Below, one piece after another: positions 1 through 9,211 of a stretch of DNA of 51,168 bases (its first letter is position 1; every line of letters begins with the position of its first letter). The notes below the pieces were generated by a model. That model ran no database searches and was not told the origin of the DNA. It worked only from the letters and a program-made list of their open reading frames with translations. Made by a program: the position numbers and the translations under genes. The stretch is from Pyrinomonadaceae bacterium (GTDB lineage: Bacteria > Acidobacteriota > Blastocatellia > Pyrinomonadales > Pyrinomonadaceae), in NCBI GenBank assembly GCA_035526805.1, contig DATLBQ010000040.1, positions 1 to 51,168 on the forward strand, read 5' to 3'.

Positions 1-67
1 ACATCAAATAATTTGCTCAATTTCGAAAGTTGAACTTCTGGCCGGTCGCTACCGCTTCCGGTTCTGA
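1..67. repeat. family A repeat, partial copy at the window edge
   Basis: acatcaaataatttgctcaatttcgaaagttgaacttctggccggtcgctaccgcttccggttctga is the near-identical reverse complement of 21347-21412. Confidence 0.7.
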
Positions 68-186
68 GACGGCCACTCCGACTCGTTTACTACTTTTTGT
101 CCAAAGCCTGAATCCTGATTTCTTCACCTGATCACAAAGGCTATTCTGAGCGAAGATGCTATGAATCTCGAAAGCAGGGAAGCTCA

Positions 187-1875
187 ATGAACGTGGATTT
201 TCCTGAACACTTCAACATGGCCGACTACTTCCTCTACCACAACCTTGAGGAAGGCCGCGAGAACAAGGTCTGCCTTTACTTCGAAAATCAAACCTACACT
301 TACGGCGAAACTGTGCGCATGTCGAATCGCGTTGGCAACGCGCTGCGTGAACTCGGTGCCGAGATGGAAGAGCGCGTGCTGATCGTTTTGCCTGACTGTC
401 CGGAGTTCGTCTGGACCTGGTTTGGGTCGGCACGCATCGGCGCTGTGATCTCCATGGTGAATCCGCTGCTGCCGGCGGCTGACTACAAATACTATCTAGA
501 GTACACACGCGCGCGCGTCGCGATCGTTCATGAATCCCTGCTCAACACTTTCAACGAAGCCGCTGCGGTTGCGCCTCACTTGCGTGCCGTCCTGGTTGTA
601 GGCGCCCACGAACACGATCACGACATCGACTTCACGAATAATTCCGTCGTGTGGTCTTCCTTTGACGGTGCCGTGCTTGCAGCCGCTGATGAGTGCGCAG
701 CGGCGGACACGCATCGAGACGACATCGCGATTTGGTTGTTCAGTTCCGGTTCGACCGGCAACCCAAAGGGGGCTGTCCATTTGCAACACGATTTACCTTT
801 CAACACAGAAGTGTTTGCGAAGCGAACCATGGGCGTGAATGAAAACGATCTGACCGTTTCCGTGCCCAAGCTTTTCTTCGGTTACGCTACCGGAACCAAT
901 CTCTTATTCCCTTTCGCGGTGGGCGCCGCCACCGCGCTTTTCGCGGAACGCTCGACTCCGGAAAAGCTTTTCGAAGTCATTGAGCGTTATCGGCCCACCA
1001 TCCTCACCACCGTTCCGACCATGATTAACTCGATGCTCAATGCGTCTGACGCTGCCAGTCGCGACTTGTCGAGCCTGCGCTTTTGCTATTCAGCGGGCGA
1101 GGCGTTGCCAATTGAACTTTACGAACGCTGGAAGGCGAGCCTCGGGGTGGAGATTTGTGACGGCATCGGATCGGCTGAAATGTTTCACATCTACATTACG
1201 AATCGTCCCGGCGATGTTAAGCCTGGCAGTCTGGGCCGGATCGTCGAGGGTTACGACGCGAAGATCGTCAACGCCGAGGGCGCGGAAGTTTCTACGAATG
1301 AGATGGGCACGTTAAAAATTAGAGGTGACTCAGCCGCGCTGTGTTATTGGAACGCTCATCAGAAATCGAAAGAGACCTTTGCCGGTGATTGGTGCACCAC
1401 AGGCGACCAATTTCACGTCGACGAACAGGGCTATTATTGGTATCACGGCCGCACCGACGATATGTTGAAAGTATCCGGCATCTTTGTTGCCCCGGTTGAG
1501 ATTGAAAATTGTCTGCTGCAGCACGAGGCGGTGCTTGAATGCGCCGTAATCGGCGCGAAGGCCAGCGACGGTCTCGTCAAACCAAAAGCTTTCATCGTGC
1601 TGCGTGAGGAATTTAGAACCGGGAGCCATAGCGACCGGGTTGAAGATGTCCAACGTCCAACGTCCAATGTCCAAAGTGGGATAGAGCAGGGCAGTAGCCC
1701 GACCGTCAGGGAGGGCTTCGAACACAATTCAGAAAATGCTCTTATCGAAGAACTGAAACATTTCGTCAAGTCGCATCTCGCGCCTTACAAGTATCCGCGC
1801 TGGATTGAATTCGTTCCTTCGCTTCCGAAAAACGATCGCGGCAAAATCGATCGAAAGAAGCTGAAACAGGGGTAA
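187..1875 (+). CDS. AMP-dependent aryl/acyl-CoA ligase (benzoate/4-hydroxybenzoate-CoA ligase-like) carrying a 34-codon repeat-derived in-frame insertion
   Basis: 562-aa ORF. Adenylate-forming motifs SSGSTGNPKG (A3), GRTDDMLKVSG (A8) and C-terminal PKNDRGKIDRKKL (A10 Lys). Residues RTGSHSDRV...GSSPTVREG between A8 and A10 are encoded by intergenic-repeat sequence. Confidence 0.85.
   Translation: MNVDFPEHFNMADYFLYHNLEEGRENKVCLYFENQTYTYGETVRMSNRVGNALRELGAEMEERVLIVLPDCPEFVWTWFGSARIGAVISMVNPLLPAADYKYYLEYTRARVAIVHESLLNTFNEAAAVAPHLRAVLVVGAHEHDHDIDFTNNSVVWSSFDGAVLAAADECAAADTHRDDIAIWLFSSGSTGNPKGAVHLQHDLPFNTEVFAKRTMGVNENDLTVSVPKLFFGYATGTNLLFPFAVGAATALFAERSTPEKLFEVIERYRPTILTTVPTMINSMLNASDAASRDLSSLRFCYSAGEALPIELYERWKASLGVEICDGIGSAEMFHIYITNRPGDVKPGSLGRIVEGYDAKIVNAEGAEVSTNEMGTLKIRGDSAALCYWNAHQKSKETFAGDWCTTGDQFHVDEQGYYWYHGRTDDMLKVSGIFVAPVEIENCLLQHEAVLECAVIGAKASDGLVKPKAFIVLREEFRTGSHSDRVEDVQRPTSNVQSGIEQGSSPTVREGFEHNSENALIEELKHFVKSHLAPYKYPRWIEFVPSLPKNDRGKIDRKKLKQG
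1615..1716. repeat. composite repeat (family A arm + GTCCAAC x4 + GGCAGTAGCCCGACCGT.AGGGAGGG arm) inside the CoA-ligase CDS
   Basis: The left 26 nt differ at 2 positions from 27427-27452. The right 26 nt differ at 1 position from the reverse complement of 18401-18426. Length is 102 bp (34 codons), with no stop codon. Confidence 0.75.
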
Positions 1876-1886
1876 GCTAAACTTAT

Positions 1887-2009
1887 TACTGGGACCGCGG
1901 GCGTCGCGCGCGCGTGGAATGCCACTCTGTCAACCCGATCTAATTTAGTTCTAGCCTCAGTCAAGTGAACTCGTTGCTTGAGTCGGGCGGTACGCCCGCG
2001 GTCCCAGTA
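1887..2009. repeat. family B MITE-like element (about 120 bp, terminal inverted repeats TACTGGGACCGCGGGCG)
   Basis: The ends are mutually complementary. The interior (gtggaatgcca.tctg ... agtgaac) is shared with 10702-10819. Confidence 0.75.
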
Positions 2010-2097
2010 ATTACGTTCTTCTGGCTAGAGAACCAATTGCCGCACTGACGCGTATACTCTCTCCACGTCTAATCAACCACACTAGGAGTCACACGTA

Positions 2098-3834
2098 ATG
2101 CATCCATTTTCTCGGAACGAATATAAACACCGCGCTTTTTTCGCCGGTGTCCTGTCTATCGCCCTCGCGATTAGTCTGTTCTCAGCTTCAGCCTTCGCAT
2201 GGCAACAGTCCTCAAGCTCCTCTGCCGCGTCAGCCGCGGCCGCAGCCAGGAAGCCGGTTGCAACCCTAACCGCGTCCGAGCGAAAAGCGGCTGCGCGCGT
2301 CAAACTTGAAACCATTCGTGAGGTGACGACTACTCTGAGCTCGCCGCAGTTTGAAGGCCGAGGCACCGGACAACCAGGCGCTGACCGCGCGGCGCAGTAC
2401 CTGGCTGACCGCTTTGCGAAAATTGGCCTTAAGCCGGCGGGCGAGAATGGCACCTATCTACAGCCGATCAAATTTAAATCAGCGCAGGTGTTGGCCGATA
2501 CATCGGTGAAGATTGGTGACGTTGCGCTCAAGTATGGCGAAGATTTCGTCATCCTGCCGCCGTACACTTCCGACAAGGTGGATGCCTCCGGCAGTCTAGT
2601 GTTCGCAGGCTTCGGCGTCGTTTCGCCGGAGTTGAAGCGTGACGATCTCGCCGGGCTTGATTTAAAAGGCAAGGTGGTGGTCATTACAGGTGGAGAACCT
2701 GATGGTGTGGATGCGGCAGCGTGGAAACGCGCGACCAATCCGCAGGCCCGCGGGATGAACATCTTCGGGCGCGGCGCAGTGGCGCTGATCGTCGGCAATG
2801 CGGGCACGGCTGCACAACCTTTTTCATTAATTGCCAATTATCTTTCCCGCCGGCGCGTTAGCCTGGCGTCTCAGCCGGCTCCTCCTTTTACGATTCCCCC
2901 GGTCTTGATCGTCAGCGATGCAGCGATGGAAAAAGCCTTCGCCGGTTCAGAGTTGACCTACGCGCAAACGTTGGCGAAGGCCAAAGCCGGCGAAACAGTT
3001 TCTCGCGAACTCGGTAAGACGGCGCGCCTCGCCTTGCGTATCAAACGCGATGAGACCACCAGCAGCAACGTGGTGGGCGTGCTGGAAGGCTCGGATGCAA
3101 AGTTGAAGGAAGAAGCGGTTGTCTATTCTGCGCACTACGATGCGTATGGGATCGAAAGCGACGGCCGCATTTTTCCCGGCGCCGCCGATAACGCCCTGGG
3201 TGTAGCTACCATCACGTCTGTGGCTGAAGCGCTCAGCAAAGCCTTTCCGAAACCCACTGAACGTCCGCGTCGGTCAATCATTTTCCTGGCGGTGACGGGT
3301 GAAGAGTACGGGTTGTTTGGTGCGGAACATTGGGTGAAGCATCCGACCTGGCCCCTCGAAAAAATTGCCGCCGATATAAACTTCGATGGTATCGGTACGG
3401 AGATTTACGGGCCGGTGAAACGCGTCGTCGGGTTCGGAGCGGAGCACTCTGATCTGGGAACGATTTTCGAAGAAGTCGCCGGCGCGACCGGAAACGTTGT
3501 AACGCCCGACCCAATGCCGGAAGAGAATGCCTTCGTTCGTTCCGATCATTATGCATTCGTGAAGAAAGGTGTGCCGGCGTTGATGCTGCTGGGCGCTCCG
3601 GCGGGCGACGAAGCTGTTTGGATAGCACGCGCAAAGAAATGGATTGCGACGGATTACCACGCAATCAGCGACACAGTAAAGCCGGACTGGGATTGGACTG
3701 GTCCACAAACGCTGGCGCAATTAGGAATGGTTATCGGCCTGCGCGTCGCAAACGCCGACGCGCTGCCCACCTGGAAGGCGACATCGCCCTTCAACAAACC
3801 GCGCAATCCAGCGAAGGCGCTGCCGGCGAATTAA
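2098..3834 (+). CDS. secreted M28 family zinc aminopeptidase with PA domain
   Basis: 578 aa with an N-terminal signal-like hydrophobic segment. M28 motifs SAHYDAYG, GAADNALGV, TGEEYGLFGAEHW, SDHYAFVKKGVPA. AGGAG Shine-Dalgarno (SD) sequence 9 nt upstream of the ATG. Confidence 0.85.
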   Translation: MHPFSRNEYKHRAFFAGVLSIALAISLFSASAFAWQQSSSSSAASAAAAARKPVATLTASERKAAARVKLETIREVTTTLSSPQFEGRGTGQPGADRAAQYLADRFAKIGLKPAGENGTYLQPIKFKSAQVLADTSVKIGDVALKYGEDFVILPPYTSDKVDASGSLVFAGFGVVSPELKRDDLAGLDLKGKVVVITGGEPDGVDAAAWKRATNPQARGMNIFGRGAVALIVGNAGTAAQPFSLIANYLSRRRVSLASQPAPPFTIPPVLIVSDAAMEKAFAGSELTYAQTLAKAKAGETVSRELGKTARLALRIKRDETTSSNVVGVLEGSDAKLKEEAVVYSAHYDAYGIESDGRIFPGAADNALGVATITSVAEALSKAFPKPTERPRRSIIFLAVTGEEYGLFGAEHWVKHPTWPLEKIAADINFDGIGTEIYGPVKRVVGFGAEHSDLGTIFEEVAGATGNVVTPDPMPEENAFVRSDHYAFVKKGVPALMLLGAPAGDEAVWIARAKKWIATDYHAISDTVKPDWDWTGPQTLAQLGMVIGLRVANADALPTWKATSPFNKPRNPAKALPAN

Positions 3835-3836
3835 TA

Positions 3837-3971
3837 GGCCGCGGATTTACGCGGATAAGCGCGGGTCTGCAAAGAGATGTAGAAAAGAGCAATCACGATG
3901 TTTCGTTTGCCCAACTGATACGAACCCGATTTGTCTTTTCAGATCCGCGCATATCCGCGTGAATCCGCGGC
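3837..3971. repeat. family C palindrome (arms GCCGCGGATTnACGCGGATnnGCGCGG)
   Basis: Inverted arms at 3837-3865 and 3944-3971, between convergent genes. The same arm vocabulary occurs at 36403-36520 and 47981-48082. Confidence 0.75.
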
Positions 3972-3978
3972 GTAGGTT

Positions 3979-5406
3979 TCAGCTGTTGCGGTGTTCGAGG
4001 TTGTAGTCGCGTAGGCGGCGATAGAGCGTCGATGGCGAAATGCCGAGGATTTCGGCGGTTTTGCCGCGGTGCCAGCCGGTTTGCTCGAGTGCAGCCAAAA
4101 TCTGCTGGCGTTCCACGTCACGAAGCGAAGTAGGCGATGACGTGGGGCTTGCAACAAAAGCGCGAGTGCCGAGACCTCCATCAGGCGGCGCGCCCGGTTG
4201 CGTGATGGCGGCAACCGCTATTGGAACTGAACGTCGCACCACCTCAGGCGGCAATTCATTTACTGTAATGCGGTCATTATTGGAAAGAATCACAGCGCGC
4301 TCCAAACAATTCTTTAGCTGGCGCACATTCCCAGGCCAACTGTAAGCGCGGAGCGCCTCCAGCGCTTCTGGTTCGAGTTGCGGACGAGCAGCGCCGCCGA
4401 CGTCATTCAGCAGATGGCGTGCCAGCGGTTCGATATCCTCCGGGCGTTCACGCAGCGGCGCCAGGTCAATCTGAAAACCGTTGATGCGATAAAGAAGATC
4501 CGAACGAAACGATTCATTGGCGACTACCGATTCAAGATTGCGATTCGTTGCGGCCACAATGCGCACGTTGACTTCAACCTTGCGCACTCCACCGACGCGG
4601 AAAAATGTTCTGGTCTCAATTGCCCGCAGCAGTTTTGCCTGAAGTTGGGCGGGTAGTTCAGTGACCTCATCGAGAAATAACGTTCCACCATCAGCCAGTT
4701 CAATCAGGCCCAGCTTGCGTCCCTTGGCGCCGGAAAACGCCCCCGCTTCGTAACCAAACAGTTCCGACTCCAGCAGCGACTCCTGAAACGCAGCGCAGTT
4801 AATATCGATGAATGAGCCATCGGCCCGGCTCGACAAACGATGAATAGCATGGGCGATAAGTTCTTTGCCGGTTCCCGACTCCCCTGTGATCAGGACCGAC
4901 GCCTCTGAAGGAGCCACACGCTCTACCAACCGCACGGCTTCAGTCATGGCCGGCGAGACAGACACGATCTCAGGCAAACCTGACTGTCGCGCCAGTTGCT
5001 CGCGCAGGCGAAGATTGTCCACGCGCAAGCGACGCTTCTCTGCCGCCTGCTTCACGCGCACATCCAGTTCGGTGATGCTGTAAGGTTTCGTGAGGTAATC
5101 GTAGGCGCCAAGCTTCATGGCTTCGACAGCCGTTTCGACCGTCGCCTGGCCCGTCAGCATGATCACTTCTGGAGGGTTGGGCCGTTCATGAACGCGACGC
5201 AAAACTTCCATACCGTCGATACGTGGCATGTTGATGTCACACAACAACACATCGACATTGCTCTCTTCGAGCTTGCGCAGCGCCGCTTCGCCGTCGGGCG
5301 CAGCCTGAACGCGATAACCGAGCCGCTCCAGTTCCTTCTGCAGCACCAAACGAAGGTTGGCTTCGTCCTCTGCGATTAGAATTCGTGCTGCTCTTTGTTC
5401 GCTCAA
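3979..5406 (-). CDS. sigma-54-dependent response regulator (NtrC family: REC + AAA+ + Fis-type HTH)
   Basis: REC acidic pocket (AEDE, LLCDINMP). Walker A GESGTGKE. The sigma-54 contact loop reads GAFSGA, a variant of GAFTGA. C-terminal HTH AEILGISPSTLYRRL. The TTG start overlaps the kinase stop (TTGA). Confidence 0.9.
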   Translation of the reverse strand: MSEQRAARILIAEDEANLRLVLQKELERLGYRVQAAPDGEAALRKLEESNVDVLLCDINMPRIDGMEVLRRVHERPNPPEVIMLTGQATVETAVEAMKLGAYDYLTKPYSITELDVRVKQAAEKRRLRVDNLRLREQLARQSGLPEIVSVSPAMTEAVRLVERVAPSEASVLITGESGTGKELIAHAIHRLSSRADGSFIDINCAAFQESLLESELFGYEAGAFSGAKGRKLGLIELADGGTLFLDEVTELPAQLQAKLLRAIETRTFFRVGGVRKVEVNVRIVAATNRNLESVVANESFRSDLLYRINGFQIDLAPLRERPEDIEPLARHLLNDVGGAARPQLEPEALEALRAYSWPGNVRQLKNCLERAVILSNNDRITVNELPPEVVRRSVPIAVAAITQPGAPPDGGLGTRAFVASPTSSPTSLRDVERQQILAALEQTGWHRGKTAEILGISPSTLYRRLRDYNLEHRNS

Positions 5407-7457
5407 TCCTGCAGTTCTCCGTCGTTGCTTATTGCGGGAAGCGAAATCGTGAAAGTGGTGCCGACTCCGGGAGTAGATTGCACGTCAAGACTACCGCCGT
5501 GTTCCGTTAAGATACCATAACAAACGGCCAGGCCAAGACCGGTGCCTTTCCCAATTTCCTTGGTGGTGAAGAACGGCTCAAAAATTCTTGAAATATTTTC
5601 CTCGGGGATACCCACTCCACTATCACTGACTTCTATCAGCACCGCGTTGCCATTTGTTTGGCCGCTGATTCTTAACAAACCTCCGTCGGGCATTGCATCG
5701 ATGGCGTTGGTGGCGAGCGCAATCACTGCCTGCTGTAATTGTCCCGCGTCGCCGGAAACGTGAGGCAAGTCGTCGGGCGCCTCGATTTGAAATTTCACCT
5801 TATCGCCGCGCTGTTGGTGCGACAGCAGGCGAGCGGCTGATGCGATCACGTCGGCAAGGTTCACCAGCGCGTGCTCGGTCGCACGCGTGCGACTGAAGTC
5901 CAGCAGGCCGTTGGTAATCATTTTGCAGCGGAAGGCTTCGCTGCGAATTAATCCCAGGTACTCGCGCAGATCGTCAAGGGCCTTCGATTTTTCAAACTCG
6001 CCCTCGCTAACGCGCGATTCGAGTGCTTCGGCGCACGCTGAAATCGTGGCCAGTGGATTGTTAATTTCGTGAACCACTCCGGCCGCCAGGCGTCCGATGG
6101 CCGCAAGTTTTTCAGCGCGCGCAACCGCGCGATGTGCTTCGACGCGGGCCGTTGTCTCTTCACCGATGGCTATTACATGCGACACCTCGCCGCTGCGATT
6201 AATCCACATGGGAATCTTGCTTATCAACCAATGCTTCATCTCGCCGGTGGGCGTCACCGTCGCATGTTCGAGCCGCTGAATTTCGCCCGTCTGGAAGACG
6301 CGAGCGAATTCGACTTCCAGCAGTTCGCGTTTCTGGCGCGTCAACACACCGAAAATATTCTTGCCTAATACTGCGCCACGCGGAATTCCCAGTTCACCGA
6401 GTTCACGATTGCGGTTCCAGGCGACAATCTCGTAGTTGCGATCGATTGCGTAAAGCGACAGTGGCAGGCTGTCGATGATCGCCTCGATAAAGCGCCGCTG
6501 GGCTTGCAATTCGGCGGTCCGCCGATCCACTTCGATGGCGAGATTGGCGGAGGAATCCCGCGCCGCCTGATAAAGACTCGAGACGTGGGCAGCGAGCGCG
6601 GCTTGTTGTGCGGCTGCATCAACGAGGCGGCAGACAGTGTCGTCGCAGTCTTCACGCTTATCAAAGCCAACTATCAGCGCACCTTTGGCCCGACCGCCAA
6701 ATCTCAGCAGCGCCGCGTATTCCACTGCATGCCCTTCGTCGTGTAATAAAAATTCGTTCGCCTTATCCACCAGTAAGGGCGCAAGGGTCGAAGAGGTAGA
6801 GCCGTTCAGCCAACTCTTCAACCGATGGAGCCTCAGCAATGACGCACCCTCCGCGCTTCCCTCTCGATCGAAAACACAAACCGCCTCGGTTGTATCCGTG
6901 ACGCTGAGATAAGCAGCACACAGCGTGGCGCTGGTTCCCTCGTACGTTGAGCCGGCGACGCGCCGCACTAACTGATCGGGATCGAGCGTTCGCAACAGTC
7001 CGCGACCCAGATCGGCGAGAAACGTGAGTTCACGATTGCTGCCAAGCAACGCCCATTCTCTCTGTGCCGCGCGCAAGTGGGCCGTGGATCTGGAAAGAAT
7101 TTCCGCGTCCGGAGAAGACTTGACGATGTAATCGTCAGCGCCCGCCGCGAAGGCTTCCAACTTGCTGCTTTCTGTCTCGTCGTGGGAAATAATGATTATC
7201 GGCAATTTACTGGTAGCCGGCTGAGCGCGAAGCAGCCGGCACAGCGCAAGTCCATCGACGTCAGGCAGCGCTACATCGATCACGATAAGATCGCAAGGTG
7301 TTTTCTGAAGTAAGCGAAGCGCCGCGGTCGTATCCTCGGCAGACAACGCGCGATAGCCGGCAGCCTCGAAAATACTGCGAAGGTGTTCGCGCGCGTTGCC
7401 GTCCTCGTCAACTATGAGAACAGCGGCACTCTCTTGAGAATTTTTGGCAGAAGGCAT
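5403..7457 (-). CDS. hybrid sensor histidine kinase (N-terminal REC, GAF-like region, PAS, HisKA, HATPase_c)
   Basis: REC ([13 protein letters not shown]), H-box HEINNPL, N box [10 protein letters not shown] boxes DSGVGI and GTGLGLAV. I place the start at MPSAKNSQ (7457). The 17 extra codons of the ORF-track start are encoded by a hairpin arm (AVYCLL). Confidence 0.85.
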   Translation of the reverse strand: MPSAKNSQESAAVLIVDEDGNAREHLRSIFEAAGYRALSAEDTTAALRLLQKTPCDLIVIDVALPDVDGLALCRLLRAQPATSKLPIIIISHDETESSKLEAFAAGADDYIVKSSPDAEILSRSTAHLRAAQREWALLGSNRELTFLADLGRGLLRTLDPDQLVRRVAGSTYEGTSATLCAAYLSVTDTTEAVCVFDREGSAEGASLLRLHRLKSWLNGSTSSTLAPLLVDKANEFLLHDEGHAVEYAALLRFGGRAKGALIVGFDKREDCDDTVCRLVDAAAQQAALAAHVSSLYQAARDSSANLAIEVDRRTAELQAQRRFIEAIIDSLPLSLYAIDRNYEIVAWNRNRELGELGIPRGAVLGKNIFGVLTRQKRELLEVEFARVFQTGEIQRLEHATVTPTGEMKHWLISKIPMWINRSGEVSHVIAIGEETTARVEAHRAVARAEKLAAIGRLAAGVVHEINNPLATISACAEALESRVSEGEFEKSKALDDLREYLGLIRSEAFRCKMITNGLLDFSRTRATEHALVNLADVIASAARLLSHQQRGDKVKFQIEAPDDLPHVSGDAGQLQQAVIALATNAIDAMPDGGLLRISGQTNGNAVLIEVSDSGVGIPEENISRIFEPFFTTKEIGKGTGLGLAVCYGILTEHGGSLDVQSTPGVGTTFTISLPAISNDGELQD

Positions 7458-7466
7458 ACTTCGATT

Positions 7467-7590
7467 GTAAGAAGCAGACAGCAAACAGTAAACAGCAAAC
7501 AGCAGCAAACATTAGAGGGTCGCGGTGTCCGCCGTCCTCTACCTATCCTACTTGCTGTTTACTGTTTGCTGTTTGGTGTTTACTTCTTGC
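7467..7590. repeat. heptamer-word hairpin (arms of tandem AAACAG[C/T])
   Basis: The left arm 7467-7510 pairs with the right arm 7550-7590 at about 31 of 37 positions. There is a nested TAGAGG/CCTCTA stem in the loop. Confidence 0.75.
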
Positions 7591-7592
7591 CT

Positions 7593-8531
7593 TTACAGCG
7601 CTCTTCTGCGATCAACTCCCAGGCGTCGTTGTACCAGCCGTTCAACTTCCAGTGGCACGCCGTCAGCTTTGGCTTGCCGAATAAACGGCGCGTCGATCTT
7701 AAAGATTTGTAGCTTTACCAGATCCTCAATTGACAGATCACTTAAACCCTCGTTGCGCATTTCAGCGATGAACTCCGGCGTAACTTTGAAAATGCTCAGC
7801 TTAACGAGGTCTTCCATGGTCTGCTTCCCAAAACCCATTTGATTTACCTGCCTGACAAACTCCGCGTCTATTTTGAAGATGCGCGCTTTAACCAGATCTT
7901 CCATGCGAAGGTTGGGGAAGCCGGTGGCCGCCATCTGGCGCATGAAATTGGAGTCGATCTTGAAGATGGCTGCTTTGAACAGGTCATCGATATCGAGTTT
8001 GAATCCGGCTGAGGCCAGGTCATCCGCCAGGGCGGTCGTGACGTTCAACGCCGCGGCCGCAAAGATCTTATTTTCGCGTGCCGAGCCCTCGTGGTCGCGC
8101 GAGTACTTTTCAAAGTCGAACCCCCGGCTTTTCATTCCGGAAACAAAAGCCGGATTCGGCGTAAAACGAAACGTGCCCGAGCCCTTGCTGTTTTGAAACG
8201 TACCCTCACAGTCAATCGTGCCGGCTTCGCGTGCAAGGGTGAATTTGACCGGCCCGCCGCTTACGACTTGTTCACGACTCAAACCTAACTCAGCAAAGTC
8301 GTAAGTTTGACCAAACTGATGTTTGTTGGTTTTTTCCGCTTTTTCGTCGCGGAGACCAAAGTTCAGATTAATCTTGTCACCCTTGTCGACCAGCGAGGCG
8401 GTCCAGTCGCCGGTCACGGCAGTCTGTGCTGAGAGCTTCAGACTCGACACTGAAACAATAAAAGCCAGGCTGAAAACGAAGAGCAGCAACATTTTCTTCG
8501 ACATGATGAATCTCCTTATTTGCGGGATCAA
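7593..8531 (-). CDS. secreted protein with four 29-aa tandem repeats (EDLVKxxIFKIDxxFxRQxxxxGF)
   Basis: 312 aa with signal peptide MSKKMLLLFVFSLAFIVSVSSLKLSAQ. The C-terminal half is 4 complete and 1 partial 29-residue repeats, visible as 87-bp periodicity in the DNA. Confidence 0.7.
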   Translation of the reverse strand: MIPQIRRFIMSKKMLLLFVFSLAFIVSVSSLKLSAQTAVTGDWTASLVDKGDKINLNFGLRDEKAEKTNKHQFGQTYDFAELGLSREQVVSGGPVKFTLAREAGTIDCEGTFQNSKGSGTFRFTPNPAFVSGMKSRGFDFEKYSRDHEGSARENKIFAAAALNVTTALADDLASAGFKLDIDDLFKAAIFKIDSNFMRQMAATGFPNLRMEDLVKARIFKIDAEFVRQVNQMGFGKQTMEDLVKLSIFKVTPEFIAEMRNEGLSDLSIEDLVKLQIFKIDAPFIRQAKADGVPLEVERLVQRRLGVDRRRAL

Positions 8532-8781
8532 TTATCAACAAGTCATGCAGGCGCAGCAAGGGTGTCCGGGTTGTCACTGTTCCACGCGCGAATGAATGCG
8601 CGGTTCCCAAAAAATTCGTGCTCGGTTTCATGAGGTCGGTACCACCTCGCGGTAGCGGGTGGTTCTTGCCGGTAGTTCGGGCTTCGCGAGTATCTCAAAA
8701 TTCTTCCCATTCGCGTGGCTCTAATGTTATTTACAGTCCGGCTCGCTAAGGACTTCTTTACAAGTTGCGGAGGTTACGTCG

Positions 8782-9120
8782 ATGAATTTGCGGATCGTCG
8801 GTTGTTCTATTCTCGCATTCTTGCTGGGTGTTGTATTAGTCGCCTCGATCACGCCGGGCGTCAGCGTAGTAAAAAAGGCTGCCGCAATGAATATCCAGGA
8901 CGACCGTGCAGCTGATCGCGAGGCAATTCGCGCGCACATCGACAGCATCTTCCAGGCCTTCCAGGTTTATGGGAACACTGCTGTCGTCTATTCTAATTAT
9001 GCTTATGAGCTTGAAGCAGGCGGTCAGCGCTTCAATCAGACCGGCCGCGTCACTGAAGTGTTCGTGCTGCGCAAAGGTGAATGGGTAAATCCGGGATGGC
9101 ATATGGATAGCGGAAAATAA
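8782..9120 (+). CDS. short SnoaL/DUF4440-like (NTF2 fold) protein with N-terminal signal/anchor
   Basis: 112 aa with a GGAGG SD sequence 8 nt upstream. The ends resemble DUF4440 (DREAIRAHIDSIFQAF ... GRVTEVFVLRKGEWV...H). The domain is about 40-50 aa shorter than usual. Confidence 0.5.
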   Translation: MNLRIVGCSILAFLLGVVLVASITPGVSVVKKAAAMNIQDDRAADREAIRAHIDSIFQAFQVYGNTAVVYSNYAYELEAGGQRFNQTGRVTEVFVLRKGEWVNPGWHMDSGK

Positions 9121-9211
9121 GTTCAATTTGTCTCAACACAGCGGGTCCACAATAGGCCATCACAAAATAGGCTTGGCACAAAATTAAATAAGCGAATCAG
9201 AGAGGGCGCAT

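Noticed and set aside
4660-4760. GAFSGA instead of GAFTGA in the NtrC-type activator, as a sign of an inactive protein
   Set aside because: This is a conservative Thr-to-Ser change in an otherwise intact AAA+ domain (the Walker A motif is present). It is noted in the feature evidence but does not merit a finding without alignment data.
7458-7508. Longer N-terminus (MLLFAVYCLLSASYNRS) of the histidine kinase, as given by the ORF track
   Set aside because: These codons are the AAACAG-word hairpin arm read in frame. The Met at 7457 gives a normal REC N-terminus. The same logic removes 25548-25778 from the exonuclease ORF and 16105-16206 from the CBM9-like ORF.
7467-7590. Tandem short repeats as possible CRISPR arrays
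   Set aside because: The repeat units are 7-8 nt with no unique spacers. The arms are inverted copies of each other, and no cas genes are present.
8949-8965. 9-bp tandem duplication (cttccaggc/cttccaggt) at the point where the DUF4440-like protein seems to lack about 45 residues, considered as a possible deletion scar
   Set aside because: Microhomology-mediated deletion should leave one copy, not two. The shortness of the domain is inferred from memory of the family and cannot be verified here.
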